A stretch of 64,000 bases of DNA from Candidatus Hodarchaeota archaeon (GCA_048886685.1 JBHLKM010000002.1:135532-199531), one strand, 5' to 3'; counted from the first letter of the stretch, positions 50,410 to 61,564 are shown. Numbers and translations are program-made. Notes: generated from the letters alone by a model not told the origin.

Positions 50410-51513
50410 TTATTTTCTTACTGCCCAGAAATAAGTTCCCCTTTCTCTTATAAATTCAGCGTTTTTAAAAGGTGTAGAATTGACAAATTCTTTAAAAGAT
50501 TTTTCGTCGTAAAAACCAGCAGTATCTGCTTCAAGAAACTTATGCATAACGTCGAAGAGTAGAAAATCTTTTTGTGGACTAAAAGTATCAGGTATCATAC
50601 TTTCTCCAACAAGTAATATACCGTCATCTTTTAATAAGGAATATAGATCATTAAAAGCCTCCAACCTATATTTTATATCTTTATCCATCTCATGAAGAAC
50701 TTGATTTAACAATATAAGATCAAATTTATCTTCTGCTGCTTTTGCATACTCATCAATTGAAATTTCAAGAATTTCAATTCTATCACCCCAATTATTTTCT
50801 TCTACTATTCTTTGCGCAAATGATACTCCCTTAGAATCAATATCAATGCCCACAAATCTAGCCTTCTTGTACTTTTTAGCCCAAACCACTAAATTATAAC
50901 CATAACCACATCCAACTGAAAGAATAGAAGATTCTCTTCGTAAATTTTTACAGAAATCCCTGAAATTCTTAGCAAATAACCCTTCGATCAATGATCCTAT
51001 TCTTGCACTCATTCGCTGTGTGTCTTTAATTAATTCTTCAGGAAATTCTTCATAGAATTCTGTAAAAGACATACTTCTTTCCTTTTTAAAACCTTCAAGT
51101 AGCATATCTTGGAATGGTGCAAGATAATAAAATGCCCCTATCGTGTCTCCAACATAAAACATGTGATTACGATCAATCAATAAGTTATATACATGAGGCG
51201 CAGTTTTTATTATTCTTTTATCTGCATTATCAATTTCGAAAATACCAGATTCAAGTCCTAAATGAATCCAAGCATCCAAATAATTTGGATTTAAATTGAA
51301 TTTTTCAGACAGTTCCTCTGGAGTAAAATAAACTGAAGAAGTAGGACCAGATTCTGATAATGTCTTAGATTTTTCGTCAAGATAATCAAAAATGCCAAGT
51401 CGCCTTCCTAGACCAAATGTTAGAACCGTATTAAATCCATAGAAACCTTTTATTAGAAATTTTTTCATTTGGTCTCTCATTGTAATTTCTTTATCATTTT
51501 GATTTTGGGACAA
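50410..51513 (-). CDS. Class I SAM-dependent methyltransferase with N-terminal wHTH
   Basis: GRRLGIFD...ELSEK; ILSVGCGYG, FVGIDID, FDLILLNQVLHE, LKDDGILL. Confidence 0.85.
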   Translation of the reverse strand: MSQNQNDKEITMRDQMKKFLIKGFYGFNTVLTFGLGRRLGIFDYLDEKSKTLSESGPTSSVYFTPEELSEKFNLNPNYLDAWIHLGLESGIFEIDNADKRIIKTAPHVYNLLIDRNHMFYVGDTIGAFYYLAPFQDMLLEGFKKERSMSFTEFYEEFPEELIKDTQRMSARIGSLIEGLFAKNFRDFCKNLRRESSILSVGCGYGYNLVVWAKKYKKARFVGIDIDSKGVSFAQRIVEENNWGDRIEILEISIDEYAKAAEDKFDLILLNQVLHEMDKDIKYRLEAFNDLYSLLKDDGILLVGESMIPDTFSPQKDFLLFDVMHKFLEADTAGFYDEKSFKEFVNSTPFKNAEFIRERGTYFWAVRK

Positions 51514-51587
51514 ATGCTTTCACCTTAGACTTCTTTTAATTTTTTTATTATATCTAGTTATTCACTCCAATTTATAACATTTTAGTT

Positions 51588-51776
51588 TTAGAAAGAGAAA
51601 AATAGATCTATATTGATTCTTAGTGTTGATAATACTCTATCATTATCTTGTGCTTTGAATAAATAATCGTTCCTTGCTCTGTTCTTTTTCCCACTTACCG
51701 CTTCAATCCAATTGTAATTATTTTCCTGTTCTTTTGCTTTGTCTATTAGAGACTCTTCAATTTCCTCTAAAGTCAT
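51588..51776 (-). pseudogene. N-terminal remnant of a TPR-like protein
   Basis: LIDKAKEQENNYNWIEA resembles the start of helical-repeat proteins, followed by apparently unrelated sequence. Confidence 0.3.
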
Positions 51777-52048
51777 TAAAGATCAATTATGTGATTTTTG
51801 ATTCTCGCTTCTTATTTTTACATCTAAGATTATATAATAATGAGATTATTGAATTTATAATTTTTTACATTTTGATCAATACCTTATTACTTCCTTAACT
51901 AGATTAATACAGATTATCTAAATAAGTCGTAGGAAAAAATTTCTTTTAAATTCAAAATATTTTAATGATTTAAGAAATTTTGAGTGATATTATTATACAT
52001 TTGATTTACAAAAACTCTGAAAAAAAATTAACATTTAAGTGAAAAATT

Positions 52049-54187
52049 ATGATAGAAGATGTACCAATCATTTTAATAGTTGCGTTAATTGCAGGAATAC
52101 TTTCTATTGCGATGGCAATGTACTTTAGATACTTGGTTTTAAAGGAAGATCCTGGAAATGAAAGAATGCAAGAGGTTGCTGGCTATATTGAAGAAGGTGC
52201 CGAGACCTACATTAAAGTTCAATATAAGATATTAGGCATTTTTGTGGGAGTTCTTGCAATTGCTATGTTATTCCTTCCATCCCCTCTTAAAGAAAGCGAC
52301 ACCTATAACAGATTGATTGATGATGCTTTAAATTGGGAACAAATGTTTGCTTATTTAATTGGTGCTGTTGGCTCTATGTTTGCAGGTTGGCTAGGAATGT
52401 ATGTGGGCGTGAAAGCAAATACAAGAGCAGCTCAAGGATGCACTATTAGTACAAAGAAAGGTTTCGATATAGCTTTCTTTGGTGGATCTGTTATGGGACT
52501 TGCTGTAGTTGGAGTTGCATTAATTGGGGTCTCAGTTTTGTATTGGATTATTCCAGATCCTATGATCGTATTAGGATTTAGTTTTGGTGCAAGTAGTGTT
52601 GCGTTGTTCATGAAATGTGGTGGCGGTATCTACACTAAGACGGCTGATGTTGGTGCTGACTTAGTAGGAAAAGCAGAATATGACCTCCCAGAAGACGATC
52701 CTCGTAATCCTGCAACTATTGCTGACAATGTAGGTGATAATGTAGGAGATATTGCAGGAATGGGTAGTGATTTATTTGACTCATATGTTGCCTCTATTGT
52801 GGCAGCTATGATGCTTGCCGCAACTTTAGCCCTCGCGGACACGGTATGGGAATTTATGTCAGACACAGTTAGATATACATTTGTTGTATTCCCTGTTGTA
52901 TTATGTGGTGTCGGACTGATGGCATCACTACTTGGAATTTGGTATATAAAATGGAAAGGATCCGAAGAACCTGGTAAAGCCTTAAATACAGGAACCTATA
53001 TTTCTACATTATTGTTTGCGGGATTAGCAACATTATTTACTTTGATAATGGTTATTGGATTACCGGAAGATGAAATAATATTCCTTTGGAAACTTTGTGG
53101 GAGCACTATTATTGGACTTCTTGCTGGCATTATTCTTGGTCTTACAAGTGATTATTTCACAAGAGATGATAAAAAACCAACTAGAAAAATGGCAGAAGCA
53201 GCTCAAGAAGGACATGCTGTTGTTATACTCAGTGGTTTTTCTTATGGTTTACTGAGTGTAGTCCCACCTGCTATTGGAATTGTTATAGCAATGGCGTTTG
53301 CATATCTATTAGGAGGTGTATTTGGAGTAGCAATGGCTGCAGTCGGTATGCTTGCGATTGTAGGAACCATCGTATCTAATGATGCATATGGTCCTATTGT
53401 AGATAATGCTAGAGGGATAGCAGAACAAGGAGATTTAGGAGATGATATAATACGTACAGCAGACCGATTAGATTCTGCAGGAAATACTGCTAAAGCAATC
53501 ACAAAGGGTTTTGCGATAGGAGCAGCAAATTTAACAGTACTTGCATTGCTCTTTTCATTTACTACTGAAGCTAATGACATAGAACCTGGTACGATTAATG
53601 TTATGGATCTCCTTACTTTAAATGTATTAATAGGAGCTTTTATAGGAGTTGTAGTACCTGCTTTGTTCTCAGCATTATTAATCCTAGCAGTACAGAGAAA
53701 TGCGGCTAAGATGGTTGATGAAATTAGAAGACAATTCGAAACAAATCCAAAAATATTAAAAGGAGAAGAAGCAGCTGATTTTAGTAAGACTATTGATATT
53801 GCTACTAAAGGTTCTTTAAGAGAACTAATAATACCAAGTATTATTTCAATAATTATCCCTATAACCGTTGGAATCATATTTGGAGTTGCGGCATTAGGTG
53901 CATTCTTAGCTGGTGCTATCCTCTCGGGTTTTGTTTTCGCGATCATGATGTCGAACGCTGGTGGTGCATGGGATAATGCTAAAAAATGGATTGAGGATGG
54001 AAATCTTGGAGGTAAAGGTACTGAGGTACATAAAGCTTCCATAACTGGTGATACAGTTGGAGATCCATTCAAGGATACCGCAGGTCCAAGCATTAATACT
54101 TTATTAGTTGTAATGTCTTTAACAGCATCTATCTTTCTCGGATTCTTAATGCTTTTTGGTAATGGTGCAGGTCTCTTAGTGTTCTGA
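52049..54187 (+). CDS. hppA: Membrane-bound ion-translocating pyrophosphatase (K+-independent type)
   Basis: GGGIYTKTADVGADLVGK, EDDPRNPATIADNVGDNVGD, GNTAKAITKG (Lys at the K+-dependence site), GGAWDNAKK, GDTVGDPFKDTAGP. Confidence 0.95.
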   Translation: MIEDVPIILIVALIAGILSIAMAMYFRYLVLKEDPGNERMQEVAGYIEEGAETYIKVQYKILGIFVGVLAIAMLFLPSPLKESDTYNRLIDDALNWEQMFAYLIGAVGSMFAGWLGMYVGVKANTRAAQGCTISTKKGFDIAFFGGSVMGLAVVGVALIGVSVLYWIIPDPMIVLGFSFGASSVALFMKCGGGIYTKTADVGADLVGKAEYDLPEDDPRNPATIADNVGDNVGDIAGMGSDLFDSYVASIVAAMMLAATLALADTVWEFMSDTVRYTFVVFPVVLCGVGLMASLLGIWYIKWKGSEEPGKALNTGTYISTLLFAGLATLFTLIMVIGLPEDEIIFLWKLCGSTIIGLLAGIILGLTSDYFTRDDKKPTRKMAEAAQEGHAVVILSGFSYGLLSVVPPAIGIVIAMAFAYLLGGVFGVAMAAVGMLAIVGTIVSNDAYGPIVDNARGIAEQGDLGDDIIRTADRLDSAGNTAKAITKGFAIGAANLTVLALLFSFTTEANDIEPGTINVMDLLTLNVLIGAFIGVVVPALFSALLILAVQRNAAKMVDEIRRQFETNPKILKGEEAADFSKTIDIATKGSLRELIIPSIISIIIPITVGIIFGVAALGAFLAGAILSGFVFAIMMSNAGGAWDNAKKWIEDGNLGGKGTEVHKASITGDTVGDPFKDTAGPSINTLLVVMSLTASIFLGFLMLFGNGAGLLVF

Positions 54188-54319
54188 TCTAAAATCAAAT
54201 TACTTAAATAGCCAATAAATTATTCTTTTTTTTATATTTTTTTTATTTTGAATGATTAGTAGTAAATTATTTAGAGAATAAGATTATTATATAGTAAACT
54301 CATTTTTTAGGATAAAACA

Positions 54320-55117
54320 ATGAATAACATTCTTAACAAAATATCTTCAAAAACAATAAAAGCCTATATCGAGCAAAATATTGATGATTTTTATACTAAA
54401 TCTTCTCAACATCCCAATTTCATATCTCACTTAGAGGATAAAATTAGCTGGGTGGATAGTAGGAATGCAGATTGGCCAAAATGTATATATAGAGCCGATT
54501 TTGAAAAATTAAATGCAGAAAATGAGATTTCCGATATAAAAAGATTAATCCAAGAAGGTAAAGCCCCTAATGGTTGGACAATAGGACCACTAACTAAACC
54601 TGACAATTTAGGATTGATTCTCGAGAAAAATGGTTTTGTTAATGTTTATCAACAATCCGGAATGGCTGCTAATTTGAAAGATCTAAAGAAAAAAATATTA
54701 GATGATAGCAAGTTATTAGTAGAAATTGTTGATAACGAGGATTCTCTAAAAAATTGGATAACGGTTGTATCATCGGTTTTTGGAATAAAAATTGATTCTG
54801 AATTAATTATATTTTTGTTTTTAGAACCAGAAGTAAAATTCTATATAGGTAATTTTAAAGGAAAAATGGTTTCAGCTCTAATTTTGTATCTGTCCTCGGG
54901 AGTAGCAGGTCTTCATGCAGTATCTACACTATCAGAATATAGAAACAGGGGATTCGGTCTTACAATAAGTAGAGCAGCATTAATAGATGCCCTTAAAAAT
55001 GATTATAAAGTTGGAGTACTTCAAGCGTCATCACTAGGAGAGAGAGTATATCGAAAATTAGGTTTTAAAAAATATTGTGATATTATTTCATATGAATTAA
55101 GTACTCAGATTAACTAA
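54320..55117 (+). CDS. GNAT family acetyltransferase
   Basis: AGLHAVSTLSEYRNRGFG, LQASSLGERVYRKLGF. Confidence 0.85.
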   Translation: MNNILNKISSKTIKAYIEQNIDDFYTKSSQHPNFISHLEDKISWVDSRNADWPKCIYRADFEKLNAENEISDIKRLIQEGKAPNGWTIGPLTKPDNLGLILEKNGFVNVYQQSGMAANLKDLKKKILDDSKLLVEIVDNEDSLKNWITVVSSVFGIKIDSELIIFLFLEPEVKFYIGNFKGKMVSALILYLSSGVAGLHAVSTLSEYRNRGFGLTISRAALIDALKNDYKVGVLQASSLGERVYRKLGFKKYCDIISYELSTQIN

Positions 55118-55171
55118 ATATATGATTCACTTAGAGACAAAAATTTAAATATTTATTTTACCTTTAGAAAC

Positions 55172-55500
55172 GAGACGAGTGAGATATGGAGCTGACGGTG
55201 GGTTTAACCCGCTGAGGAACTTCGCCCCACTCTCCAAGTAAGGAGTAGATAACTACTACGATGAGAATCGTATTTTAGCAACTGAAACGACACTGCCTTT
55301 CTACATATATTAATGACTTGGATAAGCCAAAGAAATTGTAGGAAGGAATGGTTGGAACGAGCTAAAACCTTGGTGTAAGGCCAAATGAAAGTGATGAGGT
55401 ACTTGGAGCGAACTTTAGGTAGGCCGCATAGTTTGATGCTCCAACTGTTATCTGGTGACAGGTACAGTACAGAAGGGCGGGTATATATCTCAAGCGTCTT
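55172..55500 (+). ncRNA. rnpB: RNase P RNA (archaeal)
   Basis: P1 GAGACG..UGAGAUAU/AUAUCUCA..CGUCUU; P2 GGAGC/GCUCC; P3 hairpin CGGUGGG..CCCGCUG; GAGGAACUUCGCCC pairing with ACAGAAGGGCGGGU (P4); CUGAAAC and GGAAC conserved-region-like motifs. Confidence 0.88.
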
Positions 55501-55566
55501 TCTATCTTTTATTAAAAAAAATGTTCATATAAAACTTATAAAATAAAAAAAAAGGAAAAAAATTAT

Positions 55567-57963
55567 TTATTTATGTCTTAATTTACTCCTTTTTACTTTG
55601 ATTCCTACCATTGAAATCCCTATGATTGACGCAATTAAGATTAGTAAATCATAACCAGGGATCATCCCAATTTCTTCAGGTTCTCGAGTTGCCCACCATA
55701 GATTATAGACGTTTCCTGAATTATCTCCAAAAACTCTAATATAATAAGTCCCATTTGACACTTCTTGGATAATGTGATCATTATCAGTTAGTGTAAAGTT
55801 TGTCGCAATTTTGTTAAGATTCCAATCATAGACTTCAAAACCCATTAAACCTTCAGCAGAATCGTAAAAAACCCATACAACTAATTCTAAATTTGAGCCA
55901 TCTACATAAATTTCATACCAATCTTCATCATATTGTAATGCGAGTCCATTTAATTCCCATAAGGATATCTCCGGTGAATATGAAATGTCATAAGCAGATG
56001 ATGGGTTATTATTCAATTCATAATTATCATCAGATCTTAGATCAGTTCTCAGATCGTCCCACCACATATCATACTCATTTCCCCAATCATAGCCGTAAAC
56101 CAATATAGCATAAAATCCTGGATGTGGGAGCATATAATCAATATATTCATCATCCGTATTTGAATTATTACCTGTAATCCACAAACCATTTTGATCATAA
56201 ATATCAACACCTATGTCTCCTAAAGAATGGTTAAATTTAAGTTCAAGAATTAAACGCTCGAAGCCTGGAGTTATATCAATGATATACCAATCATTATTTC
56301 CCTGAACAGCCAATCCTAAATGATCACTTAGCCAAGTCTGCTCATATTCAATAAGAAGAGATGGATGGTCTTTATAATCCTTAATCATATTTGGTTCATC
56401 ATTAAACTCATAAAAATCATCCTTTAGCCATATACTTAAATCATAACGTACCTCGGAATCTCCGAACTTATGATACACTCTAATTCGCCAATCTCCTGAA
56501 ACATCTGCCTTAAAGGTGATAAATTCACTATTAGTATTAGAATAAGATCCCATTCGATGACTTTCATATGGATCATATAGTTCTAACTCTAAGTTACCAA
56601 CTTCATTCTTAAAGAAAATACTAATATCAATTATATCCCCAGAATCTAAATATGTATGAAACCAATCCTCATCATCCTTCACAAGTTTCAAACCAGGATA
56701 CCAATTTGGATTAACCCACCATGAACTCCAATAACCATCATTTTCTTCCATCCAATCATCACCAGGACCTCCTGCATTTAACCAAATATCTAAGTCATAC
56801 CATACCTCCGAATCTCCATTTACATGATAAACTCGAATTCTCCAATCCCCCGACACATCTGCTGTATATGAAATAAATTCGTTATTATCAACAGAATATG
56901 ACCCTATTCGAAGTGAATTGGAAGGATCATAAAGCTCTAAATCTAAATCACCCTCCATATGGTTGAAAAAAATGCTAACATCAATAATATCACCGGGATA
57001 TAATTTTAAATGAAACCAATCCTCGTCAAAAAAGACTATCCTCAGCCCAGAGTGGTAATTTGGATCAATCCACTTAGAACTCCAAAAATCATCATTTTCT
57101 TCCATCCAATCATCTGAAATACTTGGAATAAGATCTTCCCATCTTAAATCATATGTATTGCCGGCATTTTCTCCATAGACATGTATGTAATACCATCCTG
57201 ACCAAGGAACGTTAGTATCAATACAAGTATCGTTTGTCCATGCTATCCAATTAAGGGTCATACCATCATAATAGTAAATTTCAAAGTCTATATCACCTTC
57301 TGAATGTGTGTGATACACGTCCACATGTAGACGCATTTCTCCTGGATCAACCCATGTCATATACCAATCATCATCCGCTTGAATTCCTAAGTGAGATGCA
57401 TTTTCATTACCCGAAATATCATATGCCATCGTCCAGTCGTCATTTTCTTCATATAAATCATCAGTTGGCATAGAAGTATTCCACCATAAGTCATAGATAT
57501 TTCCCATATTATCCAAATATACCCTCAATAAGTATAATCCTGGTGAAGGAACTGCTGTATCAATGTATTCATTATCAATTACATCATAACTTCCTGTAAG
57601 TGGGACTGAGCCATTAATATCATAAAGCTCTAGATCAATATCACCTTCAGAATGGTTAAAAGTTAGAACTACACTAAGATGCTCTTTTCCAGGGACTATA
57701 TTTATCATGTACCAGTCATCATCCCATTGCGTCCCTGTTCCATTAAGAAAACTAAGCCAATTTCCTTCATTTGATGTTATATCGTAAGGAGTTGTAGGAC
57801 TATTATTGGGTTCATAATTATCTTCTGGTGCGCTCGTAAAAATTGAATTTCCATCAGATACCGGGTTTTTATTTAGATTAGGAAAGAATAGAACACCTAT
57901 AACAACTATAAGGAGTAAAAATGAAACACCTAAACCCCGTTTATAGATTTTCTTAAAATCCAT
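55567..57963 (-). CDS. Surface protein with about six PPC-like repeats and Loki-CTERM-like anchor
   Basis: Repeated DDxxExND...DxDWY/F...GDIDLELYD...Y+RVY units; N-terminal signal anchor; C-terminal IPGYDLLILIASIIGISMVGIKVKRSK. Confidence 0.8.
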   Translation of the reverse strand: MDFKKIYKRGLGVSFLLLIVVIGVLFFPNLNKNPVSDGNSIFTSAPEDNYEPNNSPTTPYDITSNEGNWLSFLNGTGTQWDDDWYMINIVPGKEHLSVVLTFNHSEGDIDLELYDINGSVPLTGSYDVIDNEYIDTAVPSPGLYLLRVYLDNMGNIYDLWWNTSMPTDDLYEENDDWTMAYDISGNENASHLGIQADDDWYMTWVDPGEMRLHVDVYHTHSEGDIDFEIYYYDGMTLNWIAWTNDTCIDTNVPWSGWYYIHVYGENAGNTYDLRWEDLIPSISDDWMEENDDFWSSKWIDPNYHSGLRIVFFDEDWFHLKLYPGDIIDVSIFFNHMEGDLDLELYDPSNSLRIGSYSVDNNEFISYTADVSGDWRIRVYHVNGDSEVWYDLDIWLNAGGPGDDWMEENDGYWSSWWVNPNWYPGLKLVKDDEDWFHTYLDSGDIIDISIFFKNEVGNLELELYDPYESHRMGSYSNTNSEFITFKADVSGDWRIRVYHKFGDSEVRYDLSIWLKDDFYEFNDEPNMIKDYKDHPSLLIEYEQTWLSDHLGLAVQGNNDWYIIDITPGFERLILELKFNHSLGDIGVDIYDQNGLWITGNNSNTDDEYIDYMLPHPGFYAILVYGYDWGNEYDMWWDDLRTDLRSDDNYELNNNPSSAYDISYSPEISLWELNGLALQYDEDWYEIYVDGSNLELVVWVFYDSAEGLMGFEVYDWNLNKIATNFTLTDNDHIIQEVSNGTYYIRVFGDNSGNVYNLWWATREPEEIGMIPGYDLLILIASIIGISMVGIKVKRSKLRHK

Positions 57964-58106
57964 ACCATTCTAATCACGTTCTACCCTTATAAATTTTAAC
58001 AAAACAGTAGAATGGGAATTATAGAAGAACAAATTAAAGTAAAAAAAACTCAAAAAAGGTTATTAGGCGATTCTCCATTAAGATTATTATTCCAACTTAC
58101 GATAAA

Positions 58107-58313
58107 TTATCTTTTCAATACTAATTTGGCAAAATATTCGATATCTCTATTGTAAGATTTCTCAGCTTCTTTTGAAATCTTAGCGAAAGCACACCCTGGT
58201 AGCTGATCCATAGAAAGATGATACTCTAAACATTCACAACATTTACCTCTTCTTTGGCAGTCATATGTGCAAGCGCACTCCTTTTTTCTAACATCTTGAT
58301 TACATTCAATCAT
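58107..58313 (-). CDS. Small Cys-rich protein (DUF6485-like)
   Basis: CACTYDCQRRGKCCECLEYH...QLPGCAF. Confidence 0.7.
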   Translation of the reverse strand: MIECNQDVRKKECACTYDCQRRGKCCECLEYHLSMDQLPGCAFAKISKEAEKSYNRDIEYFAKLVLKR

Positions 58314-58388
58314 TTTTTCTTAATCAACTAAAATCTATATATATAATTTTAAAGGAGAGTAATTTTGAAATATAATTTATTGAAATTA

Positions 58389-58508
58389 TTACTTTTCTAA
58401 AAGACTAAAGGAACAATCGTCGCCTCCACATCCCGGACATTTAAATCCTTCATCTGGAAAGTCATCTGTCTCAAATTCATGACCACATTTATCACATTTC
58501 CAGTTCAA
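58389..58508 (-). CDS. 39-aa rubredoxin-like/zinc-ribbon protein (not in ORF track)
   Basis: TTG start after GGAG; MNWKCDKCGHEFETDDFPDEGFKCPGCGGDDCSFSLLEK (alternative in-frame ATG at 58526). Confidence 0.7.
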   Translation of the reverse strand: MNWKCDKCGHEFETDDFPDEGFKCPGCGGDDCSFSLLEK

Positions 58509-58634
58509 AAATAAATCTCCTTTCATACTATAAGAAAAGATCCTACTTAATAAAATAAAAATATTCTTAATATAAATTTTCGTACGAGTAAAAGCTCACA
58601 CTTTTGGATATATATAAAGTTCTGTAATATTTCA

Positions 58635-59180
58635 CTATATTAATGAAATTATCTTTTGATAAGTATTTTGATAATTTTGGCGATTTAAGTTGAAAAGTTT
58701 AACATCTGGGAGTTTTAATAAACGATCTTTTATTGAATGCTTAATTGTTAAACCGATTGTGGCGATAATTGAAATATTAGATTTAAACATATTCATTATG
58801 AATTCTTGAAATTTATCAGAGAAAAGTTCCATTTTTCCAATCTCATCAATTATAATCAAATCCTCTTGATGATATCTAATGTTCTTAAAATTAGCGAGAA
58901 ATTTCTCGAATCTCTCTATGAAAACATGATATTTTCCTACACGATGTTTAGTATCAAAATTACCTTTTCTTGCTAACTTTTCCCTTTCTTTTGTTTTTAT
59001 ATTTAAGAGATCGAATCCAATTCTATTATGTCCCTCTCTAACTTCTGGAGTTAAAAAGCCATATACAGAAATTTGTCTATTAGAAAAATGTTCAATTAAT
59101 TTACCTATTAAAGTTGACTTACCACTTCGAGGAGGACCAGTAATTAGAATTTTAGTATTCATAGAGTCATCATTGATCAA
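58635..59180 (-). CDS. THEP1-family nucleoside triphosphatase
   Basis: ILITGPPRSGKST, GFLTPEVREG..RIGF, VGKYHV, IIIDEIGKMEL. Confidence 0.9.
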   Translation of the reverse strand: MINDDSMNTKILITGPPRSGKSTLIGKLIEHFSNRQISVYGFLTPEVREGHNRIGFDLLNIKTKEREKLARKGNFDTKHRVGKYHVFIERFEKFLANFKNIRYHQEDLIIIDEIGKMELFSDKFQEFIMNMFKSNISIIATIGLTIKHSIKDRLLKLPDVKLFNLNRQNYQNTYQKIISLI

Positions 59181-59268
59181 AATTTTATATATTATAGGAT
59201 CATAAGAAGAAATTAACTAATAAATTAATAATTAGACTGTTAAAAACAACGAAGAAAATGATAATAAG

Positions 59269-60216
59269 ATGAAGAGTTCAACTTTTACTTTTACTGATAA
59301 AGATAGGATTGAGATCTTTGTGTACAAATGGGAACCCGATGCTGAACCAAAAGCAGTTATTCAGATACTTCATGGATTAGCAGAACATGCGAAAAGATAT
59401 ACTCGAGTAGCGGAAGCTTTATGTAAAGAAGGATATATTTGCTATGCAGATGATCATAGAGGACATGGTTTAACTGCGGGAGATCTAACAGAAGCTACTT
59501 TAGATGGTAATGCCGGAGTTTTGGGATCAAATGGATGGAGAGGAGTAGTAAATGATGCTCATGAATTATCAATAATTACTAAAAAAGAAAATCCCAATCT
59601 ACCTTTATTCCTCTTAGGGCATTCGTGGGGGGCCATGCTAACACAAGATTATATTCAAGAGTGGGGAAATGAAATTCAGGGGTGTATCTTAAGTGGAACC
59701 AATGGAATATCAGATAAATCGATACGTGAAGAGGGTATAAAAATCGCTAAGGGAGAGATTGAAAAAATAGGACCAACAGCACCAAGCACAAAATTGGATA
59801 ATATGTCATTTAAATCAATTAATAAACGATGGCAGAATGAGGATGGTGCTACTGGATTTGAATGGCTCAGTAGAGATAAGGCAGAAGTTCAGAAATATAT
59901 TGATGATCCATGGTGTGGATTTATTGGTCCTGCGACACTTTGGTTGGAATTATTTAAGGGAAACGAAAAAATCTATAATCCAGAATATGAAAAGAAGATA
60001 CCAAAAGAACTACCTATTTATATTATATCTGGAACACTGGATCCAGTGGGAAATTATAGTTTTGGTATCATAGACATAGTTAATCGCTTTAAAAATTATG
60101 GCATTAAAGATGTGACTCATAAGCTTTATAAAAATGCCAGGCATGAGCTCTTTAATGAAATTAACCGCAATGAAGTTTTTGAAGATTTAACTAGTTGGCT
60201 GAATTCTCACTTATAA
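59269..60216 (+). CDS. Alpha/beta hydrolase (lysophospholipase/monoacylglycerol lipase-like)
   Basis: QILHGLAEHAKRY, DDHRGHG, GHSWG nucleophile elbow, GTLDPV, ARHELFNE. Confidence 0.9.
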   Translation: MKSSTFTFTDKDRIEIFVYKWEPDAEPKAVIQILHGLAEHAKRYTRVAEALCKEGYICYADDHRGHGLTAGDLTEATLDGNAGVLGSNGWRGVVNDAHELSIITKKENPNLPLFLLGHSWGAMLTQDYIQEWGNEIQGCILSGTNGISDKSIREEGIKIAKGEIEKIGPTAPSTKLDNMSFKSINKRWQNEDGATGFEWLSRDKAEVQKYIDDPWCGFIGPATLWLELFKGNEKIYNPEYEKKIPKELPIYIISGTLDPVGNYSFGIIDIVNRFKNYGIKDVTHKLYKNARHELFNEINRNEVFEDLTSWLNSHL

Positions 60217-60221
60217 ATTCT

Positions 60222-61352
60222 TTATTTATTTAGCTCTTGAAATTTCAATAATAATTCTTTTTGTTTTTCTGATATTTTTTTCGGTATTTCAATGTTTACA
60301 ATTATATATTGATCTCCTCTCCCTCTTCCACGCATATAAGAAACCCCTCGATTTTTGATTCGAAATTCTGTTCCTGGTTGAGTTCCAGCTGGAATTGACA
60401 ATTCTTTTTCCGTTAAAATCTTTTCTTTATAATCTAGAGTAGGAACCATAATTTTTCCGCCTACAATTGCAGTGACTATATCAATATTAGTAGGAGTATA
60501 GAGATCATTCCCTCTCCGTATAAATTTTTCATTATCTATTATTCTAATTCCTAAATAAAGATCACCCGGTATTGCATTAATAGAAGGAACATGTCCTGCA
60601 CCTTGTACTTTTAGATGTACACCATCTTCCACACCTTCTGGAATCGAAACATGAATCGTTTTTTCTTCAGGCACTACTTTTGTACCATCGCAAACCTTGC
60701 ATTTTTTCTCAATTACTTTTCCAGTTCCATCACATGAATAACAACCTGATTCTCTAATAATTGTACCAAATCCAGATTGTGTCATTTTTCTAATTCTCCC
60801 TGTTCCCTGGCATTCCGGACAATTAACTACACTTGAGGGATCTTCTGCTCCTGTTCCTTCGCATTCATCGCAGGGTGTGTATCGTTCTATCAGAACATCT
60901 TTTTTTACCCCAAACATTGCCTCCTCAAAGCTTATTTCTACATGATCCTCAATGTCTTGTCCTACTTCTCGACGTGGTGCGGTTCTTCTTCTAGCTCGCG
61001 AACCTATACCACCAAAACCAAAATCATTGAAACCCCCAAAAGGACTAAACTCACCAAAAATACTTTTAAAGAGTTCATCAATACCAGGTATTCCACCTGA
61101 AAAGAAGTCACTCATATCGATTTGCACTCCACCATGTCCAAAGCGATCATAATTTCTTCTTTTATTCTCATCACTTAATACTTCATAAGCTTCTTGAATT
61201 TCAATAAATTTTTCTTTTGCATTTGGATCCGTTTTATTCATATCTGGATGATATTTTCTTGCTAATCTACGATAAGCTAGCTTGATATCATTTGTGGATG
61301 CCTCCTTATCTACTCCTAGTACTTCATAGTAATCTCTCTTCTTAGAACTCAT
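60222..61352 (-). CDS. dnaJ: Chaperone DnaJ
   Basis: J domain with HPD, G/F-rich region, four CxxCxGxG repeats, C-terminal domain. Confidence 0.95.
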   Translation of the reverse strand: MSSKKRDYYEVLGVDKEASTNDIKLAYRRLARKYHPDMNKTDPNAKEKFIEIQEAYEVLSDENKRRNYDRFGHGGVQIDMSDFFSGGIPGIDELFKSIFGEFSPFGGFNDFGFGGIGSRARRRTAPRREVGQDIEDHVEISFEEAMFGVKKDVLIERYTPCDECEGTGAEDPSSVVNCPECQGTGRIRKMTQSGFGTIIRESGCYSCDGTGKVIEKKCKVCDGTKVVPEEKTIHVSIPEGVEDGVHLKVQGAGHVPSINAIPGDLYLGIRIIDNEKFIRRGNDLYTPTNIDIVTAIVGGKIMVPTLDYKEKILTEKELSIPAGTQPGTEFRIKNRGVSYMRGRGRGDQYIIVNIEIPKKISEKQKELLLKFQELNK

Positions 61353-61564
61353 GATGTCTTTGTCCCTTATTATTTTAAAATAAGCTTGAAAATCAATTAA
61401 TTAAAATTGTTTATGGAATTTATTTTTTTAGGTAATAATAATATATAAAACATTTGTACAGTTTAATATCAATACAGAGACTTCTAAATCTGTAATAGAA
61501 AAGAAAAGATTTTAAACATTCAAGTTGAAATTTAATATAAAAAAAAGATAGTACGTATTAGAAT

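Noticed and set aside
52287-52333. AAAG-AAA...CUUU-AAA BHB look-alike inside hppA
   Set aside because: Excision would be 37 nt (frameshift), there is no proper inner or outer stem or shared loop, and the ORF is already intact
53242-54198. 318-aa antisense ORF and the other short overlapping ORFs in the track (e.g. 453..671, 15923..16303, 35048..35413, 42213..42587)
   Set aside because: Shadow frames of well-supported genes; no independent motifs
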